56,239 nt of DNA from a virus (lineage: Duplodnaviria; Caudoviricetes): IMG/VR virus record IMGVR_UViG_3300049927_000161, positions 1 to 56,239 of that record; one strand, given 5' to 3'. The position numbers and the translations under genes are program-made. Each line of letters opens with the position of its first letter. Positions within the stretch are counted from its first letter, which is position 1. The notes below the pieces were generated by a model, which ran no database searches, was not told the origin of the DNA, and saw only the letters and a program-made list of their open reading frames with translations. Below, in pieces: positions 29,548 to 38,882 of this stretch.

Positions 29548-29575
29548 ATTATACAATAAACTTATTTATTTGCAA
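29548..29575 (-). promoter_or_regulatory. Sigma70-like promoter (phage early-type motif)
   Basis: TTGCAA-16-TATAAT; spacer nearly identical to that at 50737-50765. Confidence 0.6.
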
Positions 29576-29580
29576 CAAAT

Positions 29581-32415
29581 TTATTTTAGCTCATACTTTG
29601 GATTACCACTCAGCTTAATGTGCCGCTTTATATTGATCTTACGGAAGCCTTGTTGGCTGAATCCTTTGAAAATGTACCAGTCGCCCATCTTACCATTCTC
29701 TAAAATCTGGACGCCAATCTTAGGATAATCAAAGCGGTTCACACCGCAAATCATCTGACTTGTATCGTCTTCAACTGTCAATGAAAGAAATAGATTTTTA
29801 CCGTCCTCAACCCTTACACCACCATGCTTCTCTAAGTTTAAAAGTTCGTTTCTGTCGCGCAAGTTTTTCTCTGTGATCTTTGCTATAAAGCAGAACTCAC
29901 CTATTGATTCGTGTGTAATTTCTTCTAATTTCGTTAGCGGCGTGACAATGTTGTACTTGCTAGGATCTTTAATAATGTGTCCCCAACGATCTTCGCATTC
30001 AAAAATAGAATCATAGGGCGTGACGCCATGTTCCAGTAATTCGTTTTGACGCTTAGTCAGTGGCTTACCTTCCGCACGCTTTTTCAAGATGTCGTTAGCG
30101 GTTTTTTCAGCTATGCCCTTTATTCCTATAAGGCCACCCACGAGCATTCCATTTTGTACAGACCAATTCACTTGCGACAATTCCTTGTCGTACTTCTTAT
30201 ACTTATACCCTGCTTGTTCAAGTTCCCTCAAAATCTTAACGCTTTTTGATGGATCAATGTCGCCATTACGTAAACATGCCGCGCCATACTCAAGCGGAAA
30301 CTTTGCTTTAAGCAACATGCACCAATAACTTATGATGCCATATGCCACGGCGTGGGAACGATTAAACGCCCATGATCCCATCGTGTTAATGTTGTCCCAG
30401 ATGGTTTGTGCTTGTTCCATCGTTAAACCATTCTTCAACGCGCCCACTTTGAATCTTTCAAAGAAGCTATCGAAGAATTCTTTACCAAGACTTTTCGACA
30501 TTGCTTTGCGTAATGAGCTGACGTCTTCCCACGTCAATTCTCCCACTTCCCGCGCTATCTGCATGACCTGTTCTTGGTAAATAACGATTCCATAGGTCAG
30601 TTTAGTAATGTTCTCACAGAGAGGAAGATGCTCTGTTTCATGCTCTTTGTTGCGTCGTTTTAAAAACTCTGACGCGCCGCCGGAAAAAAGTGGTCCGGGT
30701 CTGCCTAAACTGGTTAAGCTAATGACGTCTTCGATGTTGTCAATAACCAATTGTCTACACAGCGACTGAATGCTAAAGCCTTCAAATTGAAATATTCCTG
30801 CAGGGCGACGTTGATTCATCACTTCAAACGCTGACTTGTCGTCTAGTCTGTAATTCAGCAAAGTTTTTAAGTCCCAGTTAACTTGCGCAAGAGTATCGTC
30901 AATAACCGCTAGTGTGGTTAATCCCAGTACGTCAATTTTAAGCAGATTAAGTTCTTCAGCGTCATATTTATCTATCTGTGCCGCGCCAGTTTGTGCGTCC
31001 ACAGAACAATACCAACTCACTGGGTTTTTAGTAATAATGATACCGGCTGCATGTACGCCCGTATGTCTTGCGTGTGCTTCAATTTCTTCACTGACGCGCA
31101 ATTCTGGGTATTTATCAAGAATCTTACGCGCAATTTCAAGACTATCAAACGTGTCTTTGATGCACATTTTAGCGCGTGCATCGCCTGTACTACGGTTAAC
31201 AATTGCGTTCTTAAGTTCGTTAATTTCCCATAGAGGAATCTTAAGTTCCCGCGCAACGTCTGTAATTGTTACTTTGGCTTGATAACGTGACACAGTGCCG
31301 AGTCGCGCAACGCAATTCGCGCCATATTTTTGTTGGAGATAACTGAAAATCATATCTCTCTTATTATCTGGAAAATCGATGTCGATATCGGGAAGGTCTT
31401 TTCGATTAATGTCGATAAATCGCTCAAACAATAAATCATAAGGAATTGGATCAATTTCAGTGATAGACAATAAGTAGCAAACAAGAGAACCGCACGACGA
31501 ACCTCTGGCAGGACCGACAAGCATGTATTGCTTAGCATATAGGCATAAATCAGAAACAACATAAAAATAATCCTCAAAGTTTTTTTCAGCTATTAACGCT
31601 AATTCACGGTCTAATCTATCCATGTAGACTTTATTTGTTAAATCAATATTGCGTGCGGGGGCGGCGTCAATACACGTTTGACGCAATGACTTCTCCTTGA
31701 CAGGTTCTACAATCTCAGCTTTGGGCAGTTCTGCATTGCATTCTTCAGCGATCCTGTAAGTTGTCGCAATAGCATGATGATTATCACAATAGAGTTTCCA
31801 TTCGTCTTCGCTTAATATGTGCATAGGGCTTGAGCGCAACTCTTTATTTCTGCCAGCAACAATTTCATAAGCATTGCGATCACTTGGCTTAGGATAGTAA
31901 TTATCACTTACTGCAACAACAGCAATTTTTAATTTACTAATCAATTCAATGTCGTTTGGAGTTGTAGACGGAGACATTCCATAATAAACATTATGACGCT
32001 TGGCCAACGATTTAAATTCTTTTGTTTCGTCAAGATTACTTAAAATAATAAACACATTGTCGCTAACATTTTTAACGATGGAAAAATCAATACGAGGAAA
32101 ATAATAAAATTTCTCAGTCGCTATGGAAACTAACTCATAAATTTCCCTTAGCCCATCATTGTTTTTGGCTAAAAAACTCACGTACCTAACACCCTGCTTC
32201 TCCCGCAAGTTAGCATCGTCAACCCAAGCCAATTCCACACCAAAGATCGGCTTGACACCATTCCTCTTGCAAAGCTTTTGCCACGCAACATGTCCCCACG
32301 TTCCCTTGCGGTCGCAGATAGCGGCGGCGGATCCATGATTAGCAGCTAGGACATTTTCAATTTTCCCGTAGGCGCAACCAAAACTGTACTCTGTGCGGTT
32401 CTTTAAATTAATCAT
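29581..32415 (-). CDS. dnaE: DNA polymerase III alpha subunit (family C)
   Basis: PHP domain (RTEYSF, KPIFGVE), GPARGS, LLFERF, PDIDIDF, HAAG, KIDVLG, GIFQFE, YQEQVM, FNRSHA; ATGA overlap at 32412-32415. Confidence 0.96.
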   Translation of the reverse strand: MINLKNRTEYSFGCAYGKIENVLAANHGSAAAICDRKGTWGHVAWQKLCKRNGVKPIFGVELAWVDDANLREKQGVRYVSFLAKNNDGLREIYELVSIATEKFYYFPRIDFSIVKNVSDNVFIILSNLDETKEFKSLAKRHNVYYGMSPSTTPNDIELISKLKIAVVAVSDNYYPKPSDRNAYEIVAGRNKELRSSPMHILSEDEWKLYCDNHHAIATTYRIAEECNAELPKAEIVEPVKEKSLRQTCIDAAPARNIDLTNKVYMDRLDRELALIAEKNFEDYFYVVSDLCLYAKQYMLVGPARGSSCGSLVCYLLSITEIDPIPYDLLFERFIDINRKDLPDIDIDFPDNKRDMIFSYLQQKYGANCVARLGTVSRYQAKVTITDVARELKIPLWEINELKNAIVNRSTGDARAKMCIKDTFDSLEIARKILDKYPELRVSEEIEAHARHTGVHAAGIIITKNPVSWYCSVDAQTGAAQIDKYDAEELNLLKIDVLGLTTLAVIDDTLAQVNWDLKTLLNYRLDDKSAFEVMNQRRPAGIFQFEGFSIQSLCRQLVIDNIEDVISLTSLGRPGPLFSGGASEFLKRRNKEHETEHLPLCENITKLTYGIVIYQEQVMQIAREVGELTWEDVSSLRKAMSKSLGKEFFDSFFERFKVGALKNGLTMEQAQTIWDNINTMGSWAFNRSHAVAYGIISYWCMLLKAKFPLEYGAACLRNGDIDPSKSVKILRELEQAGYKYKKYDKELSQVNWSVQNGMLVGGLIGIKGIAEKTANDILKKRAEGKPLTKRQNELLEHGVTPYDSIFECEDRWGHIIKDPSKYNIVTPLTKLEEITHESIGEFCFIAKITEKNLRDRNELLNLEKHGGVRVEDGKNLFLSLTVEDDTSQMICGVNRFDYPKIGVQILENGKMGDWYIFKGFSQQGFRKINIKRHIKLSGNPKYELK

Positions 32416-33632
32416 GCTTGCACCCACAATAATTTTTTCTTAGCCCGTGTCACGGCTGTATACAGCCACCGACGACGGAACTCCATGTCTTGGCTACGAA
32501 TACGGTCGTCATCTACTATGACGTAATCCCACTCACTGCCTTGAGCTTTGTGACACGTAATCGCATACGCATAATCAAATTCTCGTAAGTCTTGGCGGTT
32601 AAACCACGGCTCTTCCTCGATGGTTTTGTCATAATGTCTTCGGAAAAAATAATCGTAAATCTTAACGTCTTTTATTGGAAGATCATCGTATTCCATGTCT
32701 AAATAGCAATGTCCGTCGTCTGGGCTGTATTCAGCAACGCTGGTTGTTATTGCTTGTATGCCATTAATAAAGCGGAAGTTTCCAGCGTTTTGATTTTTCA
32801 AACAAATAATCTTTTCATTGCGCGCTGGCATTTCACCAAAATATCCAAAATACTTTCTCAGTTCACGATTGATTCTCTGACGATTGAAATTTGAGCCTGT
32901 AATAATTTGGTCTGCTTTTGCAAATTCTTCTATTGAAGTTTGATCACGCTTTGCAAATTTACAATCGTCCGTTGAGTATTCACTTTTCCTAATAGAATTA
33001 TTACGGATCTCCATGCTCATTCTGATAATTGGACTGTCCAACGCTTGACGCTGAATCTCTGTTAGCACAGCATCACTTTTTCCATAGACAAACCATTCGC
33101 TGTCGCCAATGGCTGGCAACTGGCCGTGATCGCCCACAAACAATACTTTGCAGTTTGTTTTCTCAAAGTCTTCAAACATTTTTTTAGTGACCATAGACGC
33201 TTCATCAACAACAATCAATTGTCCTGGGCGAATATCAAAATCGTCTTTTATTGAAAAGCTGATTTTGACTTTAGCAAGTCTCTTTTTCTCTTTATCAATT
33301 TCTTTCATTATGTTTTTATCGTCAGGATTTTTAAGCGCAAGTTCTAATAATTCTTCAAGATAGACTGAGCAAGGCATGAATGGCGTATAAAGCAATTTAT
33401 GAATCGTAATAACAATCTGATTCTTTAGCTTGCGCGCCAAGACGGAAGCCGCTTTGCCAGTGGGCGTGCAACAAATAACGGGTTCTGATGTGGGCAAGTT
33501 ATTAATAAAATGTTGCATCGTAAACGTCTTGCCAGTACCAGCATAGCCCTTAAGCGTAAAAAACCATTTTGAATCGTCAGCAAGCCATTTATTCACGGCC
33601 ATTAACGCTGCGTCTTGCTCTTTTGTTAGCAT
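32412..33632 (-). CDS. RecD/Dda-like SF1B helicase
   Basis: GYAGTGKT, TPTGKAA, VDEASM, GDHGQL, YAITCHKAQGSE, YTAVTRA. Confidence 0.92.
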   Translation of the reverse strand: MLTKEQDAALMAVNKWLADDSKWFFTLKGYAGTGKTFTMQHFINNLPTSEPVICCTPTGKAASVLARKLKNQIVITIHKLLYTPFMPCSVYLEELLELALKNPDDKNIMKEIDKEKKRLAKVKISFSIKDDFDIRPGQLIVVDEASMVTKKMFEDFEKTNCKVLFVGDHGQLPAIGDSEWFVYGKSDAVLTEIQRQALDSPIIRMSMEIRNNSIRKSEYSTDDCKFAKRDQTSIEEFAKADQIITGSNFNRQRINRELRKYFGYFGEMPARNEKIICLKNQNAGNFRFINGIQAITTSVAEYSPDDGHCYLDMEYDDLPIKDVKIYDYFFRRHYDKTIEEEPWFNRQDLREFDYAYAITCHKAQGSEWDYVIVDDDRIRSQDMEFRRRWLYTAVTRAKKKLLWVQA

Positions 33633-33643
33633 ACAATTTCCTT

Positions 33644-34180
33644 TTATAATTTACCGCGTGAATGTAATTCTATGACAATACGTGTTAACGCTTCTACGTC
33701 ATTCATTGCTCTGTGTGCGTCTTTGAATTTTTCATTGAAAAAATGTTGATAGAGTTCGATTAATTTCAATTTTCTATTCTGAATATAGAACGTTCTTTCT
33801 ACAGTACACACATGATTCATAGGCCAAGGAAAATGATGAATCCTGTCAAGACGCATGAGTTCGTACTTCAACATGTCTCTATCAAAAGCGACATTATGTG
33901 CAACCATCGTTCTTTCACCGAGGAAGAATTCGCTTAATACCTTTAAATAAGCGGAGAATGGCGGCTTAGTACTCACCATTTCATTAGTTATACCGCTAAC
34001 TCTTACAGCGTCAGGCTCAATCATTTTATTTGGATTACACATAAACTCCATTCTTCCGATTTCTCGGAATGTTTCGTCGTCAAGTTTGATCGCTGCAAAC
34101 TCAACAATGGAAGTTTGCTTGTCAAGCGGCGTCATTGAAGACTTTGCCAGACCTGTTGTTTCAGTGTCGAAGATTATCAT
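33644..34180 (-). CDS. DEDDh 3'-5' exonuclease (DnaQ/epsilon-like)
   Basis: FDTETTG, HNVAFD, HRAMNDV. Confidence 0.92.
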   Translation of the reverse strand: MIIFDTETTGLAKSSMTPLDKQTSIVEFAAIKLDDETFREIGRMEFMCNPNKMIEPDAVRVSGITNEMVSTKPPFSAYLKVLSEFFLGERTMVAHNVAFDRDMLKYELMRLDRIHHFPWPMNHVCTVERTFYIQNRKLKLIELYQHFFNEKFKDAHRAMNDVEALTRIVIELHSRGKL

Positions 34181-34662
34181 TTTTTATTCCTTAGATTGTG
34201 GATTTCTGTTGTTTGTTCATGGATGTGATGGTCAAGCGAATATAAACTTTCTTTTAGGCGTTTATTCTCATTGCTCAGCTTTTTATTAAGAGCTTTAATT
34301 GCCGTGACTTCATGGGTTAATTTAAGTAAGTTACTTTCTAACTCGTCTTTTTCTTGGGTAAGATCTATAAAAGACTTTTCAAGATCATTATAATCATTTT
34401 CAAGTTTTTCTTTACCGTCCTCAATTTCACCTATTTCATCTTCACGATCAGAGTGGGCAACTTCTAAATCAGTAAATCTTTCTTCAATTTCCACCAATTC
34501 TTTTTCTTTTTCAACAAAATTGTCGCCCATAACTTCAAGCCTTTTTGAAATTTCTAAAACTAATTCAGGACTAAAAGTAACTTCTTGTTTTAAAGAAAGG
34601 CGAATTATTCTGTCTTCAATGAGCAGTAATAATTCTCTGTCCGTCAGTGTTCTATAATTCAT
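34177..34662 (-). CDS. Coiled-coil protein
   Basis: Heptad-rich acidic sequence; ATGA overlaps on both sides. Confidence 0.7.
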   Translation of the reverse strand: MNYRTLTDRELLLLIEDRIIRLSLKQEVTFSPELVLEISKRLEVMGDNFVEKEKELVEIEERFTDLEVAHSDREDEIGEIEDGKEKLENDYNDLEKSFIDLTQEKDELESNLLKLTHEVTAIKALNKKLSNENKRLKESLYSLDHHIHEQTTEIHNLRNKK

Positions 34663-35330
34663 GCTTTCTGCTCCTTATATTGTTCATCCACAAATTGCAA
34701 AATCGCCAAATAAATGCCTGCATCGTGTGCAGAATCTTTGTGGCCACCCGCCATGAAATTATTCGCGTAACGGCATATTTTGCCAATCGTCCATTCCAAG
34801 AGATGGAGCCGCGTGAAGTCTTCTGAATTTTTTAAAGTTAATCCGTTCGGAAACATAGCAGACATCACATTGCCAACTTTAAAAAATGAATTGCCGTATT
34901 GTTTGTTCTTTTCAGTGTAGGTCTTTTGCATTTCTTTAAGAATGTGCATAGCATTTTTATCTGAATATTGTCCATGTGTATTGTTAGGAATTTCATCAAT
35001 GGTTAATGTGTGCGAATCTTCAGCACCATATTTTTCTAATTCATAACCAGCAAAATTAAATAAATAAATAATACTTATAATTTTTTCGCTTAAAATATCA
35101 TATGTAGTACATTCATGACCTTTTCCATCCACGAATATTTTTTCAATAAATTGCTGATAAACTTCAAAATACCTATCATAAATTGCCATGTCAAAGTCGC
35201 CTATAAATCTTCTTCCCCCAAATTCATCTTTATGCGCACGAATAATAGATCTAATTCTTCTTAAAGACTTTAAATAATATTCTATAGGAACTATAACGTG
35301 ATCAAATTTTACATGTGTTATTCCATTCAT
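34659..35330 (-). CDS. Nucleotide-modification-associated (Nmad1/DUF1599-like) all-alpha domain protein
   Basis: C-term EKNKQYGNSF...KICRYAN...DSAHDAGIY matches the KN.DYG...K..R...DT..D..NY pattern. Confidence 0.6.
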   Translation of the reverse strand: MNGITHVKFDHVIVPIEYYLKSLRRIRSIIRAHKDEFGGRRFIGDFDMAIYDRYFEVYQQFIEKIFVDGKGHECTTYDILSEKIISIIYLFNFAGYELEKYGAEDSHTLTIDEIPNNTHGQYSDKNAMHILKEMQKTYTEKNKQYGNSFFKVGNVMSAMFPNGLTLKNSEDFTRLHLLEWTIGKICRYANNFMAGGHKDSAHDAGIYLAILQFVDEQYKEQKA

Positions 35331-36136
35331 TACCGTTGCCCCCCTGCTAAATCAATACAAGAACCGCTTAAGTATTTACGGTCTTGCATTAACAAATCAA
35401 CCACCACTTCTGCAATTTCTTTCTTTGTTAAAAAATTGCCTAGTGGACATTCTGCAGACCAATAAGCTTTAGCTTCCTCATCTGTCAAGTCTCTATAGCG
35501 TTTAAGATCTTGAATGGTTTTTTCTGACATTGGGGAATCTTGTACATTGCTTGGATTAACGCAAAATATTTGGAATCCTTTAGGAGCCAATTCATAAGCC
35601 GCGCATTTTACAAAATGGTTAAGGCCAGCTTTTGCAGCGCAATAAACAGATGAACCATTAAGAACATTTTTATAGGCCATGCTACCAATAAAGACTATTT
35701 TTTTCCAAGAATTTTTTTCATTAAAGTTCTTACAAGCAATGCTCTTTCTTACTATCCAATTTAAAGAAATAATATTAGCAATTAAATTCTTGTTAATAAT
35801 TTCTATAACTCTTTTATCAGTAAGATTTTCTATCCAATCAAGGTGAGTATAACCATTATTAAATACAAAATAGTCAAAGTCTTGGAAGTTGCTTCCATTG
35901 TCACAACCTTTAATAACTTCTCTTTCTTCTGTCTTTAATAAGTCCCATTCTTCCTCAGTAAAAAATTGAACTCTTTTATTTTTATTAACTAATTCTTGAG
36001 CAATTCCATGTCCAATATTATTTTTTTGATAACCAAAAATAGCAGTTCTTGGGGATTCATTTTCAATAATATTTTTTAATAAAGCCTCATGATTATTTTT
36101 TAAATATTCTTTATGTATCTGCCCTTTCGTTCTCAT
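35330..36136 (-). CDS. Short-chain dehydrogenase/reductase (SDR)
   Basis: NNG, IVFIGS, YCAAK (YxxxK), ELAPKG, VNP, IDLAGG; atypical Gly motif GYQKNNIG. Confidence 0.88.
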   Translation of the reverse strand: MRTKGQIHKEYLKNNHEALLKNIIENESPRTAIFGYQKNNIGHGIAQELVNKNKRVQFFTEEEWDLLKTEEREVIKGCDNGSNFQDFDYFVFNNGYTHLDWIENLTDKRVIEIINKNLIANIISLNWIVRKSIACKNFNEKNSWKKIVFIGSMAYKNVLNGSSVYCAAKAGLNHFVKCAAYELAPKGFQIFCVNPSNVQDSPMSEKTIQDLKRYRDLTDEEAKAYWSAECPLGNFLTKKEIAEVVVDLLMQDRKYLSGSCIDLAGGQR

Positions 36137-36137
36137 T

Positions 36138-36623
36138 TTAATACTCTCCTTTTTGACACTGTAAACACGTAATACCGTTGCGACGCCACATTTCAACGAC
36201 TTGATCGCGGTCTTCTACGGCAAATTTAATATTGTAGAATTGATTTAAGTTTTGAAGAATTTCTTCTTTGACTATGTAGTCTGGCCGATGGTCTCCTGTC
36301 CTTCTCATGCGCAACGGATACACGTAAGGAATTCCAATGTGCAAGTCAAGCCAGTCCTTAGTGACAATTCTCCATTTTTCTTCTCGACCCGTCACAATAA
36401 CAATTAAATATTTATAAGAGAAAATTTTTAATAAATCTATTATGTCTTTTTTGGGAATATCACCAACACACAAACTATTAAAATCATCATAATTTTTTTG
36501 CTCACCAGTAACATAGTGCAGTCTATGGGTTATGTCTGCTAGCGTTCCGTCTATATCAAAAATAACGGCGTCCTTTTTATTTACCGTTCTACTCAATAGA
36601 TTTAATTCAACTACATTACTCAT
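36138..36623 (-). CDS. HAD phosphatase (T4 PNKP phosphatase-like)
   Basis: FDIDGTLAD, VTGR, MR..GD.RPD..VK, EDRDQVV.MWR..G. Confidence 0.9.
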   Translation of the reverse strand: MSNVVELNLLSRTVNKKDAVIFDIDGTLADITHRLHYVTGEQKNYDDFNSLCVGDIPKKDIIDLLKIFSYKYLIVIVTGREEKWRIVTKDWLDLHIGIPYVYPLRMRRTGDHRPDYIVKEEILQNLNQFYNIKFAVEDRDQVVEMWRRNGITCLQCQKGEY

Positions 36624-37350
36624 AAGATAAGTCCTTCTTAATTCTGTCAATAAATTTCATGATATTAATAAAATCATCATGATCCATTAGTTCTTTTTCT
36701 ATTAATAAAACAAAATGATTAACAAGTAATTCAAAATCTTTGTAGTCTGGCTTTAAAAACAATTCTGTCCACGGATGAACTTCTATCACGCACGCAATCA
36801 TTTTTTCGACTACGCCGCGATATTCTTCCTGTGTGCGCCAGCCAGTTCTTGCGCGGGCAATTTCGGCTAAGGTTCGCAAATTGAATTGAGCGACGATGTT
36901 TGTATGGATATTGGTGGGGAGTACGCCGCGTGCGTCTTCTGTTTTAATGCCAAGCTTTAATAAGGTATTATAATATTCTTGAATTTGTTCCATACAATGC
37001 TCATACATTGCCTTGGCTGTTGTGTCTTTCTCAATTTCGGGTGGCGTGTGGTAAGTAAACTTTTCCATATTAACCATGCGCATTGTCTGTTGCGCAAAAC
37101 TGCCATGCCTGTTGCGGACAAACTGGTGAGTGAATCCCCTGCTGACGTCTTCAATTAAAAACGTATAACTGACAAACTCCCAACTGCTTGGAATGGTTTT
37201 AGCCATGTATTCTAGTTCTTTTAATTTGTCCTCACGTGGCATTTCAAAAACTTTTTCTAATTCTGCAGCCGTTAGGTTTAGCCGCGTATTTTTAGTCATT
37301 ATCAATTTTTCCATAGCACATTTTGTACTATCAATCAAACTTACTTTCAT
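36616..37350 (-). CDS. thyX: FAD-dependent thymidylate synthase ThyX-like (variant signature)
   Basis: VSRGFTHQFVRNRHGSFAQQTMR, EDARGVLP, NLRTL, QEEYR. Confidence 0.82.
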   Translation of the reverse strand: MKVSLIDSTKCAMEKLIMTKNTRLNLTAAELEKVFEMPREDKLKELEYMAKTIPSSWEFVSYTFLIEDVSRGFTHQFVRNRHGSFAQQTMRMVNMEKFTYHTPPEIEKDTTAKAMYEHCMEQIQEYYNTLLKLGIKTEDARGVLPTNIHTNIVAQFNLRTLAEIARARTGWRTQEEYRGVVEKMIACVIEVHPWTELFLKPDYKDFELLVNHFVLLIEKELMDHDDFINIMKFIDRIKKDLSYE

Positions 37351-37361
37351 ATATTTTCCTT

Positions 37362-38333
37362 TTATTTACTATTAATTAAACGCTTCTGATAACTGTTTCT
37401 GCCTTCTATAAAACTGTCAATTACTTTAACGTCATTAACAATGTCATCCAACAACAACTGTCGCCACGTTGCAAAACGACCCAGACTATAGATGCCGAAT
37501 CTGTCTGACATTTCTACTATAAATTGTTTGCGGAAAGTATCGTCTATTGGGAGAATTTTTCCGTATTTTTGATAACTAACTTTTGCATCGTAAATATCAC
37601 ATACAATTCCAAGACAACGATCTAATAATCCTTCAACTTCTTCCCTGTAATTATCAGTATCAAATATTTCTTTCTCAATAGCATTTTCATGCTTTGTGAA
37701 TTCAATCGTTAATAAATTTCCCGTTATAGAGGCTCTATAAACATTGTCATCGGTCGCTGGATAATAAATTGTTTGATAAACGTCAATTTCAGTATTGAGT
37801 TTGCAAGTAAAGGTATAAATTTCTTTATGATTAAACTTAATTTTTTTATTAGGATTATATCCTAACAAATCCAGTAATCTTTCCATTGGAATTGTACTGA
37901 TGACGGGTATTTCAGTCTTCTTAAAATAATCAATGTGGCTTGAGCTAAACTCTTTATTAAAGCTGATGTTCACATTTTTAGCCAACAACTCAATCAAATT
38001 TTCCGGAGAGATATAACGCTCACAATCATTAAGATTATTTAAACTACGACTATAAATACCACCCGTCACTTTCTTGCTGTACATGTTCTGCATACGCAAG
38101 TCCGCTTTGTCGTGGAGCTTGTCCTCAAAATACACTGCCTTTTTAACATGTACTTTTTTAAATTTTATGCCCGTTGCTTCTGCCACAACATTACTCCTAA
38201 AGCGCAACAAAGCAGAATGATTGTTCGGTAGCGTTGATTGAGCCTCTATAATCAATGGGTTTTTGTGTCGGAGCATGTTAGCAGCGATAAGACCACTCAT
38301 GCCCGCACCGACGATGATGACTTCGTTTTTCAT
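37362..38333 (-). CDS. FAD-dependent oxidoreductase (UDP-galactopyranose mutase/HemY-like fold)
   Basis: IIVGAGMSGL Rossmann motif, ISTIP, LGRFATW. Confidence 0.8.
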   Translation of the reverse strand: MKNEVIIVGAGMSGLIAANMLRHKNPLIIEAQSTLPNNHSALLRFRSNVVAEATGIKFKKVHVKKAVYFEDKLHDKADLRMQNMYSKKVTGGIYSRSLNNLNDCERYISPENLIELLAKNVNISFNKEFSSSHIDYFKKTEIPVISTIPMERLLDLLGYNPNKKIKFNHKEIYTFTCKLNTEIDVYQTIYYPATDDNVYRASITGNLLTIEFTKHENAIEKEIFDTDNYREEVEGLLDRCLGIVCDIYDAKVSYQKYGKILPIDDTFRKQFIVEMSDRFGIYSLGRFATWRQLLLDDIVNDVKVIDSFIEGRNSYQKRLINSK

Positions 38334-38356
38334 TTTGATTCCTTTTATAAATTGTC

Positions 38357-38596
38357 TTACGTTATTTCAGTTTTAGGAAAATGTTTTTTAACAAGCCCTA
38401 TGGTTTCTTTAAAAGTGTTGTATTCAGTTATTGTTTCTAATAATTGAATATTAAGGCGCTCATTTTCCCTGTTGCGCAAAGCAATAAGTCCTTTGAGTCG
38501 TAAATTTTCAATTGTAAGATCCATGGTTCTTGTACGGAATTCTTCAATGCGTTTTGAATTGTCAAATACGTTCCGTATAAATCTAATTAGACACAT
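38357..38596 (-). CDS. Hypothetical coiled-coil protein
   Basis: ATG 38596 with SD; fills the gap in the operon. Confidence 0.5.
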   Translation of the reverse strand: MCLIRFIRNVFDNSKRIEEFRTRTMDLTIENLRLKGLIALRNRENERLNIQLLETITEYNTFKETIGLVKKHFPKTEIT

Positions 38597-38870
38597 CCTC
38601 AAACTCCTGTTGTTTATTCTTACAATCACGTTGCTTGTCGGACAATTCAACATAGCCGTGTTTTAAGTCCCACTTGAGATCCATGTTACGACCACCCATT
38701 TTAATAAATTCCTCGTACCGCATACCGTTCACAATCAATCCGTGTGAGCGATGACCCACAGAGTTTTTTCTCCGTGGGTTTTCAGCAGAGAGTTTATAAA
38801 TATAAAGACCGTTAAACTTTTTATTTCTGCGACGAATTTTTGTCGCGAATGCTTTAATGACTTTGTTCAT
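38583..38870 (-). CDS. Small basic protein, NPRR-domain paralog of 27763-28251
   Basis: ENPRRKNSVG...GMRYEEFIKMGGRNMDLKWDLKHGYVEL. Confidence 0.7.
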   Translation of the reverse strand: MNKVIKAFATKIRRRNKKFNGLYIYKLSAENPRRKNSVGHRSHGLIVNGMRYEEFIKMGGRNMDLKWDLKHGYVELSDKQRDCKNKQQEFEDVSN

Positions 38871-38882
38871 AGTTCCTCTTGA

